Below are positions 1 to 10,073 of a stretch of 64,000 nt of DNA, in pieces (the first letter of the stretch is position 1; the number at the start of each line of letters is the position of its first letter). A program made the position numbers and the translations under genes. The stretch covers positions 152,842 through 216,841 of the forward strand of contig CAVQLE010000005.1 in assembly GCA_963713305.1 (NCBI GenBank), read 5' to 3'. The stretch is from an uncultured Actinomycetota bacterium (GTDB taxonomy: Bacteria > Actinomycetota > Actinomycetes > Propionibacteriales > Nocardioidaceae). A model generated the notes under the pieces. That model did no database searches, was not told the origin of the DNA, and saw nothing but the letters and a program-made list of their open reading frames with translations.

Positions 1-352
1 TCAGGCACTCCTCCTCGCGCCCCATCAGCACCGCCAGGCAGTCGGGAGCCGGCACGACGTCGTCGTCCATCAGCCAGATCCGGTCGAAGCCGTCGGCGTG
101 CGCCAGCCTGAGCCCGAGGTGGAACCCGCCGGCGCCGCCGAGGTTGTCCGAGCTGTGGGTCACCTGGAGTGGCAGGCCGCGGCCGTGGTGGCGCTCGAGG
201 ACCTCGCGGGTGTGGTCGGTGCTGGCGTTGTCGACGACGTAGACCGCGTCGGGCAGGTGGGTCTGCGCGGCCAGCCCGTCGAGCATCCCGCCGAGCAGGT
301 CGGCCCGGTTGTAGGTCACGACCACGACGGCGACGGTCTCGGAGCGGCTCAC
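1..352 (-). CDS. GT2 family glycosyltransferase (5' part; runs off window)
   Basis: Manual translation from GTG at 352, overlapping the upstream TGA: MSRSETVAVVVVTYNRADLL...VVDNASTD...NLGGAGGF...IWLMDDD. Paralogous to the 349-1266 gene. Confidence 0.9.
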   Translation of the reverse strand, partial: MSRSETVAVVVVTYNRADLLGGMLDGLAAQTHLPDAVYVVDNASTDHTREVLERHHGRGLPLQVTHSSDNLGGAGGFHLGLRLAHADGFDRIWLMDDDVVPAPDCLAVLMGREEECL

Positions 353-1266
353 CGGAGGAACCTCTCGTGCCCGGTGAAGTCGCCGCGCAGAGCGGCCCGG
401 ATCGCGCTCACGCTGAGCCGGAGCCGACCGCGGTCGGGGCGGGTGATCGTGTAGAACCACACGGTCTTGGCCCAGAACATCAGGACGTGCGGCCAGCCGC
501 GGTAGTCCCGCAGGTTCAGGGTGTTGTTGCGCGCCATGCAGTAGTGCTTGAGGTCGCTCGGGCTGTGGTTGTAGGTCGTGCGGCCGAACATCAGCGGGGT
601 GCCGAGGTCGCCGACGGCCGGGTGGCGGACGCGGGCGGCCGCGACGGTGGCGATCCGGGCGCCGGCCCGCTCGGCACGGAGCCGGTACTCGTGGTCGTCG
701 CCCCAGATGAAGAACTCCTCGCGGACGTAGCCGATCCGCTCGACGAGCTCGCGGGTGACGAGCACGCCGTTGAAGGGGATCACCACGTCGCGGACCAGCC
801 CGCCGACGGCCGCGCGCTCGACGGCGCCGGTGTCGTGGACGACCCGGGTGCCGCCGGGGAGCCGGATCGGGAAGACCAGCCGATCCGGGTCTGCCTCGTC
901 GACCACGACCGGGCCCCAGAAGTCGAGCGCGCCCTGGTGGGCGAGCAGCAGGTCGAGGCAGTCGGGGTCGGGAAGGCCGTCGTCGTCCATCAGCCACACC
1001 AGGTCGGCGCCCCGCTCGAGGGCGAGCCGCAGCCCCTCGTGGAAGCCGCCCGCGCCGCCGCGGTTGCGGTCCAGCGTGTGTGCCACCACCCGCTCGGTGG
1101 TCGAGGCCAGCCACTCCCCCGTGCCGTCGGTGGACGCGTTGTCGACCACCACGATCTCGTCGAGCCCGTCGACCTCCGTCAGCCGGTCCACCAGGCGTCG
1201 TACGAGCTCGAGCCGGTTGAAGGTGACCACGACCGCGACGATGCGCGGTCGGTCGGACTCGGTCAC
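349..1266 (-). CDS. GT2 family glycosyltransferase (GlfT1-like)
   Basis: VVVTFNR, VVVDNASTDGT, NRGGAGGF, WLMDDD, FFIWGDD motifs. TAGGGT -10 lies 7 nt before GTG 1266. Confidence 0.9.
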   Translation of the reverse strand: MTESDRPRIVAVVVTFNRLELVRRLVDRLTEVDGLDEIVVVDNASTDGTGEWLASTTERVVAHTLDRNRGGAGGFHEGLRLALERGADLVWLMDDDGLPDPDCLDLLLAHQGALDFWGPVVVDEADPDRLVFPIRLPGGTRVVHDTGAVERAAVGGLVRDVVIPFNGVLVTRELVERIGYVREEFFIWGDDHEYRLRAERAGARIATVAAARVRHPAVGDLGTPLMFGRTTYNHSPSDLKHYCMARNNTLNLRDYRGWPHVLMFWAKTVWFYTITRPDRGRLRLSVSAIRAALRGDFTGHERFLR

Positions 1267-1296
1267 GGCGACCACCCTACGGGTGGGTCTGGCCCC

Positions 1297-2730
1297 TCAG
1301 CAGGACGCCCCGAGGTCGCTCGCCTGGTTGGCGGCGTACCCCTCGGCGAGGCTGCCGATCGAGCCGCCGGTCGTCGACACCGGCGCCTTGCGCTTCTTCT
1401 TGGACTCGGCCGGCGGGGCGTCGCCCTCGGCGCGGTCGATCGCGAGCGCGACCATGTCGTGGACCTCGTCGATGTCGGGATCGCCGGTGTTCACCTGGGG
1501 CGGGACCAGCGACAGGGTCGACACCTGCTGGCCCTTGGCCTTGACCGCGAGCTCGAGGAACCGCCCCACCTCCGAAGCCGGGATGCTGGTCGAGACCATC
1601 GCGGCGCTGGCGCTGGCGATCTTCTGGAAGTTGCGGAGCGCGACCTGGGGGCTGATCTGCTGGAGCATCGCGTTCATGACGCACTTCTGCCGCGCCATCC
1701 GCGAGTAGTCGTCGGACCCCTCGCGGGCACGGGCGAACCAGAGCGTGTCCTGGCCGTCCAGCTTGCGCTCGCCGGGCTCGATGTAGTGGAAGTACGACTC
1801 GTGCGGCAGCCCCACCGGGATCGGTTCGCGCACGTTGAGGGTCACGCCGCCGACGGCGTCCACGAGGTTCTTGAAGCCATCGAGGTTGACCATCGCCCAG
1901 TAGTTGATCTCGAGGTCGGTGATCCCCTCGATCGCCATGATCGTGGCGTCGACGCCGGGGTTGTCCGACTGGGGGAACAGGCTGGTGTGGTCGCCGGCCC
2001 AGGTGCTGACGCCGTTGAGGTAGTCGGCGTCGAAGCCGTCCGGGAACTGCTCGTCCATGACCGAGCCCTCGGCGAAGGGGAAGTTCGTCATGTTGCGCGG
2101 CAGGCTGATCAGGACCGTCCTGCCGGTCTCGGCGTCGATGCTCGCGATCGTGATCGAGTCAGGTCGCAGGCCCCAGCGACCGGCTCCGGCGTCGCCGCCG
2201 AGCAGCGCCACGTTGTAGCGGCCGTCGGTGGCGCCCACGGCCTCGCCGTCCCCGAACATCGTCAGGATGAGGTCGCGCTGGACGGCGACCAGGTGCGAGC
2301 CGAACAGCAGTGCTCCGGCGACGGAGAAGCAGAGCAGCCCGTTGAGCCCGACGACGGCGCGGCGGTGCTGGTAGGTGAGCGTCAGCGGCTGCCCGATCCG
2401 CCAGGCGTCGATGATCAGGAAGGCCCAGCCGACGGCCAGCACGATCAGCACGAACCGCAGCGCCGCGAGCGCGGCCGTGTCGGAGACGAGCCAGTAGGCG
2501 AACGGGGGATGGACCACAGCGACCACGAGCGACACCACACCGGCGACGACCGTCACGAACCACACCCGCATCGCGATCCGGCCGACGTCGCGATTGCCCG
2601 CGACCAGCTGGGCAGAGCCCGGCAGCACGAGCGTCATCAGCATCAGCGCGATCGCGCGGCGGAACCGCACGCGCGCGGCACGCTCACCGGCGTCGCGCCG
2701 TCCGGTCGGCCCGGGGGAAGGAACGGGCAT
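1297..2730 (-). CDS. LCP (LytR-CpsA-Psr) family glycopolymer ligase with multi-TM N-terminus
   Basis: LLGGDAG...RPDSI, ISLPRN, FARAREGSDDYSRMARQ motifs; several N-terminal TM segments. Start uncertain. Confidence 0.9.
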   Translation of the reverse strand: MPVPSPGPTGRRDAGERAARVRFRRAIALMLMTLVLPGSAQLVAGNRDVGRIAMRVWFVTVVAGVVSLVVAVVHPPFAYWLVSDTAALAALRFVLIVLAVGWAFLIIDAWRIGQPLTLTYQHRRAVVGLNGLLCFSVAGALLFGSHLVAVQRDLILTMFGDGEAVGATDGRYNVALLGGDAGAGRWGLRPDSITIASIDAETGRTVLISLPRNMTNFPFAEGSVMDEQFPDGFDADYLNGVSTWAGDHTSLFPQSDNPGVDATIMAIEGITDLEINYWAMVNLDGFKNLVDAVGGVTLNVREPIPVGLPHESYFHYIEPGERKLDGQDTLWFARAREGSDDYSRMARQKCVMNAMLQQISPQVALRNFQKIASASAAMVSTSIPASEVGRFLELAVKAKGQQVSTLSLVPPQVNTGDPDIDEVHDMVALAIDRAEGDAPPAESKKKRKAPVSTTGGSIGSLAEGYAANQASDLGASC

Positions 2731-2903
2731 GGGGTCGTGCCTCTCGGTGCTCGGGGAAGTAAGCAGCGTGAGAGTCAGTATCACCAGTCACACCCGTCAC
2801 ACGTCGTACGACGCGCCGTACGGGTCGCTCGCGGGGCGTCGCCGCGGGGACCAACTGCTCACACCTGACCAGCCACTCAGGAACGCACGGTAGTTTCTCC
2901 GCC

Positions 2904-4096
2904 ATGGCTGACCGTCCGCAGGGTGGCCCCGAGAAGGGGACGCCCGAGTACAACTGGCTCTACGGCTCGAAGGGGCAGCAGCCGTCCGGCGACGAGACCC
3001 GGGCTGTCCCCCAGCAGCCAGGCCCCGACGAGACACGGGTGATGCCCGCCGCGCAGCGCGACGAGCGAGGCCGGCAGTCGCGACCCACGTCGCCGCCACC
3101 GCCGAAGAAGCCGGTCGTCGAGTCCGTCGTCCACCAAGGGCGGGCGGCCGAGGTTCCGACTCAAGTGGCTGTGGATCGCTGCTCGCGCTGTGGCTGGTCT
3201 ACCTGATCGCGATCCCGCTCCTGGCGTGGTCCCGGGTCGACAAGATCGATGCCTTCCCCGAGGGGAATCGGCCCGAGGAGCAGCCCGGCACGACCTACCT
3301 GATGGTCGGCTCGGACTCGCGCGGCGACCTGACCGCCGAGGAGCGCAAGGAGCTCGGCACCGGCAACGCGTCCGGCAACCGCACCGACACGATCATGATG
3401 CTCCACACCGGCGACGGCCCCAACCTGCTGATGTCGATCCCGCGCGACTCGCTGGTGGAGGTGCCCGGCTACGGCACGACCAAGATCAACGCGGCGTACG
3501 CCTATGACGGCGCCAAGCTGCTGGTCAAGACGGTCGAGAACGAGACCGGCATCAGGATCGACCACTTCGTCGAGATCGGCTTCGGCGGCTTCGTCGACCT
3601 CGTCGACGCGGTGGGCGGGATCGAGGTCTGCCCGCCGTTCGCGATGGACGACCCGCTCGCCAAGATCGACCTCAAGAAGGGCTGCCAGGAGGTCGACGGC
3701 CCGACTGCGCTGGGTTATGCCCGGTCACGCAAGACCGACGAGCAGTTCGGCGACCTCGGCCGAGCGTCGCGTCAACGCGAGGTGGTCTCGGCGATCGGCA
3801 GCGAGGCGGTCTCGCCGTGGTCGATCCTCAACCCGGTCCGCTACTACCGCCTCAACATGGCCGGTGCCCGCGCCGTACGGGTGAGCGAGGGAACGTCGCC
3901 GTTCGCGATGGCGCAGTGGGCGCTGGCGATGACGCGGGTGAACGGCGAGAACGGCCTGACCTGCGGGGTCCCGGTCGCCGACTTCGCGGTCAACTGGGAC
4001 GAGGAGCGCTCCGAGCAGATGTTCAAGTACATCATCGAGGACGACACCTCGAGCATCCCGAAGAGCCTCTGCACGCCCACCGGCTTCCCGCGCTGA
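2904..4096 (+). CDS. LCP family protein (apparent frameshifts near 3113 and 3178)
   Basis: ORFs 2904-3206 and 3302-4096 join through a TM segment. LMVGSDSR, RTDTIM, SIPRDS, KINAAY, DLGRASRQ motifs. Confidence 0.88.
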
Positions 4097-4099
4097 CCG

Positions 4100-4519
4100 T
4101 CAGTCCCAGAGGGCGCCGCCGATCTCCTTCGACCGGCCCACGAACTCGGCGACCACGGAGTCGCCGACCGTGACGGTCACGTCGTAGACGCCGTCGCGCC
4201 CCTCCCGGGAGCGCTCGACCGCCGTGGCGACGAGCTCGTCACCGAGACGGGTGGGTGCGCGGAAGCGGATGTCCGCGCCGGCAGCCACGGATCGGCGGTT
4301 GTAGGAGTTGCAGGCGAACGCGAACGCGCTGTCGGCGACGCAGAAGGTGAGCCCGCCGTGACCGATCCCGTGGCCGTTGACCATGTCGTCGCGGACCGTC
4401 ATCACCAGCACGGCGCGGCCGGGGCCGACCTCGATGATCCGCATCCCGAGCGCCTGGCTGGCGGCGTCCCCAGCCCACATCGCGTCCGCGCTCCTGCTCG
4501 CCACCTGCTCAGGCGTCAC
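4100..4519 (-). CDS. paaI: PaaI hotdog-fold acyl-CoA thioesterase
   Basis: MVNGHGIGHGGLTFCVADSAFAFACNS signature; GGAGGG RBS before GTG 4519. Confidence 0.9.
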   Translation of the reverse strand: MTPEQVASRSADAMWAGDAASQALGMRIIEVGPGRAVLVMTVRDDMVNGHGIGHGGLTFCVADSAFAFACNSYNRRSVAAGADIRFRAPTRLGDELVATAVERSREGRDGVYDVTVTVGDSVVAEFVGRSKEIGGALWD

Positions 4520-4574
4520 GTCGGCCCTCCTGGTCGCTCGGGTCGTCGAACCTGAAGATAGCCGCAGGGGCGAC

Positions 4575-5195
4575 TCAGGACGCTCCACCAGGCGCGGGGT
4601 AGCCCTCCTCCTTCAGGACACGGGCCAGGTGCGCCGCATTGAGGGCCGCGGTGGAGATGGCGCTCTGGACCTTCTCGGGCTGCTCGTCGAGGTCGTTGTA
4701 GTCGACGGACCCCATCGCCTCGCCCACCCAGTACGCGCCCGCCCCCTGCGCGATGGTGAAGCCGACGTCGTTGAGCGCCTGCAAGCACTCCGCCACGACG
4801 TGGTGGGCGCCGTCCTCGTTGCCGACGACGCCGACCACCGCGACCTTGTCGCTCATCGACATCCGGCCCTCCTCGTCGGTCTCGGAGAGCTCGGCATCGA
4901 GCCGCTCGAGCACGACCTTGCAGACCGACGAGGGTTGCCCCAGCCAGATCGGGGTGGCGATCACCAGGATGTCGGCCGCGAGCACCTGGTCTCGGATCGC
5001 CGGCCACTGGTCCCCATCACCCTCGTCGGTGCTGACCCCGAAGTGAACGTCGTGGTCGCGCACCCGGAGCACGGTCCCGGTCACACCGTGCTCGCCGAGG
5101 GCATCGAGCAGCTGCCGGCCCAGCTTGTCCGAGCTCGACGAGGCCGGCGTCGGCTTGAGTGTGCACACGAGCACCAGGGCAGTGAGGTCCGTCAT
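4575..5195 (-). CDS. Flavodoxin family protein / NAD(P)H-dependent FMN reductase
   Basis: LVCTLK, ADILVIATPIWLG, VVGNEDGAHH motifs. Confidence 0.85.
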   Translation of the reverse strand: MTDLTALVLVCTLKPTPASSSSDKLGRQLLDALGEHGVTGTVLRVRDHDVHFGVSTDEGDGDQWPAIRDQVLAADILVIATPIWLGQPSSVCKVVLERLDAELSETDEEGRMSMSDKVAVVGVVGNEDGAHHVVAECLQALNDVGFTIAQGAGAYWVGEAMGSVDYNDLDEQPEKVQSAISTAALNAAHLARVLKEEGYPAPGGAS

Positions 5196-5254
5196 CCCCG
5201 CGGCGTACCCGGTGCGGCCGAGTTCATCCCCCGGCCGGCCGGGCCGAGTGGCTT

Positions 5255-6436
5255 CTAGGGGTTGAAGACCACCTTGACCATCCCGTCCTTCTTGGCCTGG
5301 AAGGTGCCGTACGCCGCCGGCGCCTCGGAGAGCGGCAGGTGGTGGGTCGCGAACCCCTCGACCCCGAGGACGTCCTCGTCCCTGGTCAGCACCTGCAGGA
5401 TGTCGTCGCTCCACGCCCGCACGTTGGCCTGTCCCATCCGGAGCTGCACCTGCTTGTCGAAGAGCTGCATCATCGGCAGCGGGTCTGCGGCTCCGCCGTA
5501 GACCCCCGAGATGGAGACCGTGCCGCCTCGGCGGACGGACTCGATCGCCGTGTAGAGGGCTTCGAGGCGGTCGACCCCTGCCTTGGTCATGACGGCGCCC
5601 TGCACCCTCTTGGGCAGGAGCGCCAATGCCTTCTGAGCGGCCTCCGCGACGGGAGAACCGTGCGCCTCCATGCCCACGGCATCGATCGCTGCGTCGGCGC
5701 CACGCCCCGAGGTCAGCTCACGGACCTGCTCGGCGACGTCGGCGACCTCGGCGAGATCGATGGTCTCCGCACCGCGGTCCCGCACCCGCTCGAGACGTTC
5801 GGGGACCCGATCCACGACGATGACGCGCAGGCCCCGGTGCAGGGCGATCCGGGCCGCCATGTCGCCGATCGGTCCTGCGCCGATCACCAGGAGCGTGCCG
5901 GCTTCGGGCACGTCGGCGTACTCGACCCCTTGCCACGCCGTCGGCAGGACATCCGAGAGGTAGAGGAAGCGGTCGTCCGACGGACCCTCGGGAACCCGGA
6001 TGGGCAGGAAGTCCGCGAACGGGACTCGCAAGAACTCTGCCTGGCCGCCGGGCACCTGTCCGTAGAGCACGCTGTAGCCGAAGAGGCTGGCGCCCGTGCC
6101 CTGGTCCCGATTCTGGGTGGTCTCGCACTGGCTGTGCAGGTTCCGCTCGCACATCCAGCAGGCACCACAGCTCACGTTGAACGGGACCACGACACGGTCC
6201 CCGACGCGAAGCTCCTCCACCCCGGCCCCGACGTCCTCGACGATCCCCATCGGCTCGTGGCCGACGATGTCGCCAGGCGTCATGAACGGCGTGAGCGGGT
6301 CGTAGAGGTGCAGGTCGGAGCCGCACAGCCCGGTCGACGTGATCCGGACGATGGCGTCGGTCGGTTGCTCGATCACGGGGTCGGGCACGTCCTCGACCCG
6401 GATGTCTCGCCGTCCCTGCCACGTGACTGCCTTCAT
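5255..6436 (-). CDS. Zn-dependent alcohol/formaldehyde dehydrogenase (MDR family)
   Basis: GLCGSDLH, GHEPMG, CGACWMC..C Zn ligands, GAGPIG Rossmann motif. Confidence 0.93.
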   Translation of the reverse strand: MKAVTWQGRRDIRVEDVPDPVIEQPTDAIVRITSTGLCGSDLHLYDPLTPFMTPGDIVGHEPMGIVEDVGAGVEELRVGDRVVVPFNVSCGACWMCERNLHSQCETTQNRDQGTGASLFGYSVLYGQVPGGQAEFLRVPFADFLPIRVPEGPSDDRFLYLSDVLPTAWQGVEYADVPEAGTLLVIGAGPIGDMAARIALHRGLRVIVVDRVPERLERVRDRGAETIDLAEVADVAEQVRELTSGRGADAAIDAVGMEAHGSPVAEAAQKALALLPKRVQGAVMTKAGVDRLEALYTAIESVRRGGTVSISGVYGGAADPLPMMQLFDKQVQLRMGQANVRAWSDDILQVLTRDEDVLGVEGFATHHLPLSEAPAAYGTFQAKKDGMVKVVFNP

Positions 6437-6458
6437 GAGCCCTCCTCAGCGAGGTCGA

Positions 6459-6785
6459 TCACCGACCGACGGCCTTCTCCAGCTCCGCCTTCGACATCGA
6501 CGACCGACCCTTGATGTTCTTCTTCCTCGCCTCTTCGTAGAGCTGGTCGCGGGTGCGTCCGCCACTCCCCTTGTGGGAGCGAAGTCCGCCGCGACGGCCC
6601 GAGGAGATGTCGTCGGTGGAGGTCTTGCTGGCCTGCTCGGCCTCCCCACTGCGCGCCCGCTCCTTGTTGACGGTGCGCGCGGCGATCTCCTCGGCGGTGT
6701 CCTCGTCGCGGCCGCTGTCCTCGAGGCCTTCCTTGATGTGCTCGTACTGGCGCTCGCGCTTCTTGCTCCACGCCTTCTGCGGCAT
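6459..6785 (-). CDS. Small stress-associated protein (ChaB-like N-terminus, Rho-N-like C-terminus)
   Basis: MPQKAWSKKRERQYEHIK...AEEIAARTVNKERAR...TRDQLYEEARKKNIKGRSSMSKAEL; AGGAGG RBS. Confidence 0.8.
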   Translation of the reverse strand: MPQKAWSKKRERQYEHIKEGLEDSGRDEDTAEEIAARTVNKERARSGEAEQASKTSTDDISSGRRGGLRSHKGSGGRTRDQLYEEARKKNIKGRSSMSKAELEKAVGR

Positions 6786-6866
6786 GTCGCCACCTCCTGT
6801 CCGTCCATGCGGCGTACCCGGTCTGCGCCCGTGCATGCGCGCGATGCGGACGGGTACGGGCCGCCC

Positions 6867-7538
6867 ATGACTCAACGTACGGCTCGTGTCGACACGGTCA
6901 TCTTCGACCTCGACGGCACCCTGTTCGACTCCGTGTTCCACCACTCGCTGGCCTGGTCTCGTGCCTTTCGCTCCGTCGGCCTGGACGTGCCGGCGTGGCG
7001 CATCCACCGCCACATCGGCATGGGTGGAGACCGCCTGGTGGCCGCCGTCGCCGGCGACGAGGTCGAGCGTGACCACGGTGACGCGGTCCGCGCGGCGTGG
7101 GAGAAGGAGTACGACGCGATGCTGGACGAGCCGGTGCTGCTCCCGCGGGCTCGTGACCTCCTCACAGCGATGCGCGACCGCGGCCTCCAGGTCGTCCTGG
7201 CCAGCTCCTCCATCCCGCGGCACGCCGAGCGCGTGCTGGAGCTCCTGGACGCTGACGCCAGGGCCGACGCGACCTTGACGGCGGCCGATGCCGAGGAATC
7301 GAAGCCGGACGCCGAGCTGATCGAGACGGCCATGGACCGCGTCGATGCGGAGTCGAGCCTGCTGGTCGGTGATTCGGTCTGGGACGTCGAGGCGGCGCGC
7401 CGTGCCGGCATCCCGGCGGTCGGCCTGCTCGCCGGAGGCTACGGCGAGGAGGAGCTTCGTTCCGCCGGAGCGGTGTGGGTCTTCGAGGATCCTGCCGACC
7501 TGCTGGCCAACCTCGACCACGTCGTCGCACCGGTCTGA
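6867..7538 (+). CDS. HAD-superfamily hydrolase/phosphatase
   Basis: FDLDGTL motif I, SKPD, VGDSVWD. Confidence 0.92.
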   Translation: MTQRTARVDTVIFDLDGTLFDSVFHHSLAWSRAFRSVGLDVPAWRIHRHIGMGGDRLVAAVAGDEVERDHGDAVRAAWEKEYDAMLDEPVLLPRARDLLTAMRDRGLQVVLASSSIPRHAERVLELLDADARADATLTAADAEESKPDAELIETAMDRVDAESSLLVGDSVWDVEAARRAGIPAVGLLAGGYGEEELRSAGAVWVFEDPADLLANLDHVVAPV

Positions 7539-7610
7539 GGCTGCCCGCCACACAGGTGCGCACGGTCGGCGCGCCGCTGGGGAGCTGCGCGCCGACCGTG
7601 CGCGGGTCGG

Positions 7611-8156
7611 TCAGGAGCCGTTCGAGAGCAGCTTCTCCAGCTCGCGGTTGAAGGCGGGCAGGTCGTCGGGCTTCCGACTCGTGATCAGGTTGCCGTCCAC
7701 GACGACCTCCCGGTCGACCCAGTTGCCCCCTGCGTTGCGGATGTCCGTCTGCAGGCTCGGCCATGACGTGAGCTGTCGGCCGGCCACCACGTCCGCCTCG
7801 ACCAGGGTCCAGGGAGCGTGGCAGATGGCCGCGACCGGCTTGCCTGAGGCAATGAAGTCCCGCACGAACGAGACCGCGTCAGCGTCGGTCCGCAGGTTGT
7901 CGGGGTTCGCGACCCCGCCGGGCAGCACCAGGGCGTCGTACTCATCGACCGAGGCGTCGGCCACGACGGTGTCGACCTCGAAGGTGTCCGCCTTGTCGAG
8001 GTGGTCGAAGGCCTGCACCTTCCCCGCCTCGGTCGAGAGCAGCGCCGGACTGCCGCCGCCGTCGACCACCGCCTGCCACGGCTCGGTCAGCTCGACCTCC
8101 TCGATGCCCTCGGTCGCCACGAGAAAGGCCACCTTCCGTCCGGTCAGATCTGTCAT
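7611..8156 (-). CDS. PfpI/DJ-1 family protein (type 1 glutamine amidotransferase-like)
   Basis: GIEEVEL, LVLPGGVANPD, AICHAPW, LITSRKPDDL. Confidence 0.93.
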   Translation of the reverse strand: MTDLTGRKVAFLVATEGIEEVELTEPWQAVVDGGGSPALLSTEAGKVQAFDHLDKADTFEVDTVVADASVDEYDALVLPGGVANPDNLRTDADAVSFVRDFIASGKPVAAICHAPWTLVEADVVAGRQLTSWPSLQTDIRNAGGNWVDREVVVDGNLITSRKPDDLPAFNRELEKLLSNGS

Positions 8157-8186
8157 TGCGTGACTCCTCCTCGTTGTTGGATCGCG

Positions 8187-8615
8187 CTAGTTGTTCGATC
8201 GCGCCGAGGAGATCGCCTCGACGAGCTCGCCGACGCGCTCCTCCGGAAGGTTCTGGGCGACGTCGGCCTGACTCACCATGCCCACCAGGTCGTGGCCGTC
8301 GATCACCGGAAGCCGACGTACGCCGTGCTCGGTCATCGTCTTGAGGGCTTCCTCGACGGAGTCATCGGCGCCGATCGTCACCGGCTTGCCCTCGCACAGG
8401 GTGTCGACGGTGGTGGAGCCAGGGTCGGCTCCCTCGGCAACGCAGTTCACGACGATGTCACGGTCGGTGACCATGCCCTGGAGACGGTTGTCGTCGCCGC
8501 AGACGGGTAGTGCCCCCACGCCGAGGTCGCGCATCTTCTTCGCGGCGTCGACCAGGGTGTCTGAGATCTGCGCGCACTCGGTGTCACTGGTCATGATGTC
8601 GCGTGCAGTGGTCAT
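8187..8615 (-). CDS. CBS-domain pair protein (Hrp1-like)
   Basis: ARDIMT, VGALPV, GMVTDRDI, VRRLPV, GMVSQADV. Confidence 0.92.
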   Translation of the reverse strand: MTTARDIMTSDTECAQISDTLVDAAKKMRDLGVGALPVCGDDNRLQGMVTDRDIVVNCVAEGADPGSTTVDTLCEGKPVTIGADDSVEEALKTMTEHGVRRLPVIDGHDLVGMVSQADVAQNLPEERVGELVEAISSARSNN

Positions 8616-8822
8616 GTCAGGTCCTCTCTCGGCTCGTACGGACTGTTGCTTGCTGTGGCGTACCCACATCGGCGCGAACCACACGGACCGACGCCCAGCG
8701 ATTCGACGCGGTCAGCTGGACGCGATGCCACTGCTGGAAGCCATGTCGGTCGTCTCGCCCCGCCCGACGCATGGCATCGGCGGGCGAGGGTACGAGCAGT
8801 TCCCCCGACGAGAGGAGCTCAG

Positions 8823-9044
8823 GTGCCGAGCAAGTCCGCGAACGTGAAGAACGAGAAGCAGTACGAGGCGCTGAAGGACAAGGGGATGTCCAAGGAACGC
8901 GCCGCCAAGATCGCCAACACTCCGGGGGCTTCCAAGAAGGGCGGCAAGAAGAGCGGCTCGGGAGGCGACAGCTCCCAGGGCGGCACGACGGCCCAGAAGA
9001 AGAAGGCAGGCCGCAAGGGCGGCAAGGCCTCGAGCAACAGCTGA
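8823..9044 (+). CDS. Small Lys/Gly-rich hypothetical stress protein
   Basis: VKNEKQYEALKDKGMSKERAAKIAN followed by a KKGG-rich tail; GAGGAG RBS. Confidence 0.8.
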   Translation: MPSKSANVKNEKQYEALKDKGMSKERAAKIANTPGASKKGGKKSGSGGDSSQGGTTAQKKKAGRKGGKASSNS

Positions 9045-9059
9045 GCGGAGCGAGCACCC

Positions 9060-9581
9060 GTGGACACCCGCACGGTGGAGACCACGGACGGGTTGGCCGA
9101 GGAGACCCAGCCGGTCGGACTGTGGCTGCGGCGCGCGGCCGTGCTGGCCCTCGCCGGGCTGGTCGTGGTCAGCCTGCTCGGGTTGTTGGGAGTTCACACC
9201 GACGAGGAGACGGCGGAGGGCAACGGATACCGATTGACCGTCAGCTACCCCCAGGTCGCCAGGGCCGGGCTCGACACGCCGTACGAGATCACGGTGGTGC
9301 GCGAGAGCGGCCTCGGTCAGGAGATCGAGCTCGCCGTCACCGGGTCCTACTTCGACCTGTTCGAGGCGCAGGCCTTCCATCCCGAGCCGACGGAAGCCAC
9401 GCGTGACGGGGACACGATGTACCTGACGTTCACCACCAGGCCTGGCTCAGCCACCTTCGTGGTCGCCTTCGACGCCTACGTCCAGCCGGCCTCGCAGCGC
9501 GGTCAGTCCGCGACGGTGGCGGTCATGGACGGCGACCAGCAGATGGTGTCGGTCTCCTACGACACCCGGCTGATTCCCTGA
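9060..9581 (+). CDS. Hypothetical membrane-anchored protein
   Basis: Single N-terminal hydrophobic helix, GC3-biased ORF, directly upstream of the DUF421 gene. Confidence 0.7.
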   Translation: MDTRTVETTDGLAEETQPVGLWLRRAAVLALAGLVVVSLLGLLGVHTDEETAEGNGYRLTVSYPQVARAGLDTPYEITVVRESGLGQEIELAVTGSYFDLFEAQAFHPEPTEATRDGDTMYLTFTTRPGSATFVVAFDAYVQPASQRGQSATVAVMDGDQQMVSVSYDTRLIP

Positions 9582-9590
9582 GGAGGGCTC

Positions 9591-10067
9591 GTGGAGATCG
9601 CACTGCGCGCTGTCGTCATCTTCTTCTTCCTGTGGGCGGTCACGCGCGCAGTCGGACGTTCCACCCTGGGGGAGCTGAGCACGTTCGAGCTGCTCCTCTA
9701 CGTCACCATGGGTGACCTCGTGCAACAGGCCGTGACCCAGCAGGACTCCTCCGTCACCGGCGGCATCATCGCGGTGTCGGTCTTCGCCCTGCTGACGGTC
9801 GTCCTGTCGTGGGTGCAGTGGCGCTTCCCCCGCACTCAGGCGGTGGTCAACGGGGTTCCCATCGTGGTGATGCGCGATGGTGAACGGATCGCACGCGCCG
9901 TACGTCAGCAACGCCTCTCCGACGCCGACCTGCTGGCGGCTGCTCGCCAGCAGGGCATCCGTCGGCTCGGCGACGTGGAGCTTGCGGTCCTGGAGTCGGA
10001 CGGGCGGATCTCCTTCTTCACCCGCGACTCCTCGGCCTCCAGCGGTGCCCCCGAAACAGGAGAATGA
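9591..10067 (+). CDS. DUF421/YetF family membrane protein
   Basis: GRSTLGELSTFELLL, AARQQGI, AVLESDGRISF. Confidence 0.88.
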   Translation: MEIALRAVVIFFFLWAVTRAVGRSTLGELSTFELLLYVTMGDLVQQAVTQQDSSVTGGIIAVSVFALLTVVLSWVQWRFPRTQAVVNGVPIVVMRDGERIARAVRQQRLSDADLLAAARQQGIRRLGDVELAVLESDGRISFFTRDSSASSGAPETGE

Positions 10068-10073
10068 GTCCGG

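Noticed and set aside
6459-6785. Toxin-antitoxin or plasmid stabilisation function
   Set aside because: No RelE/ParE motif and no partner gene; context and promoter indicate a stress protein.
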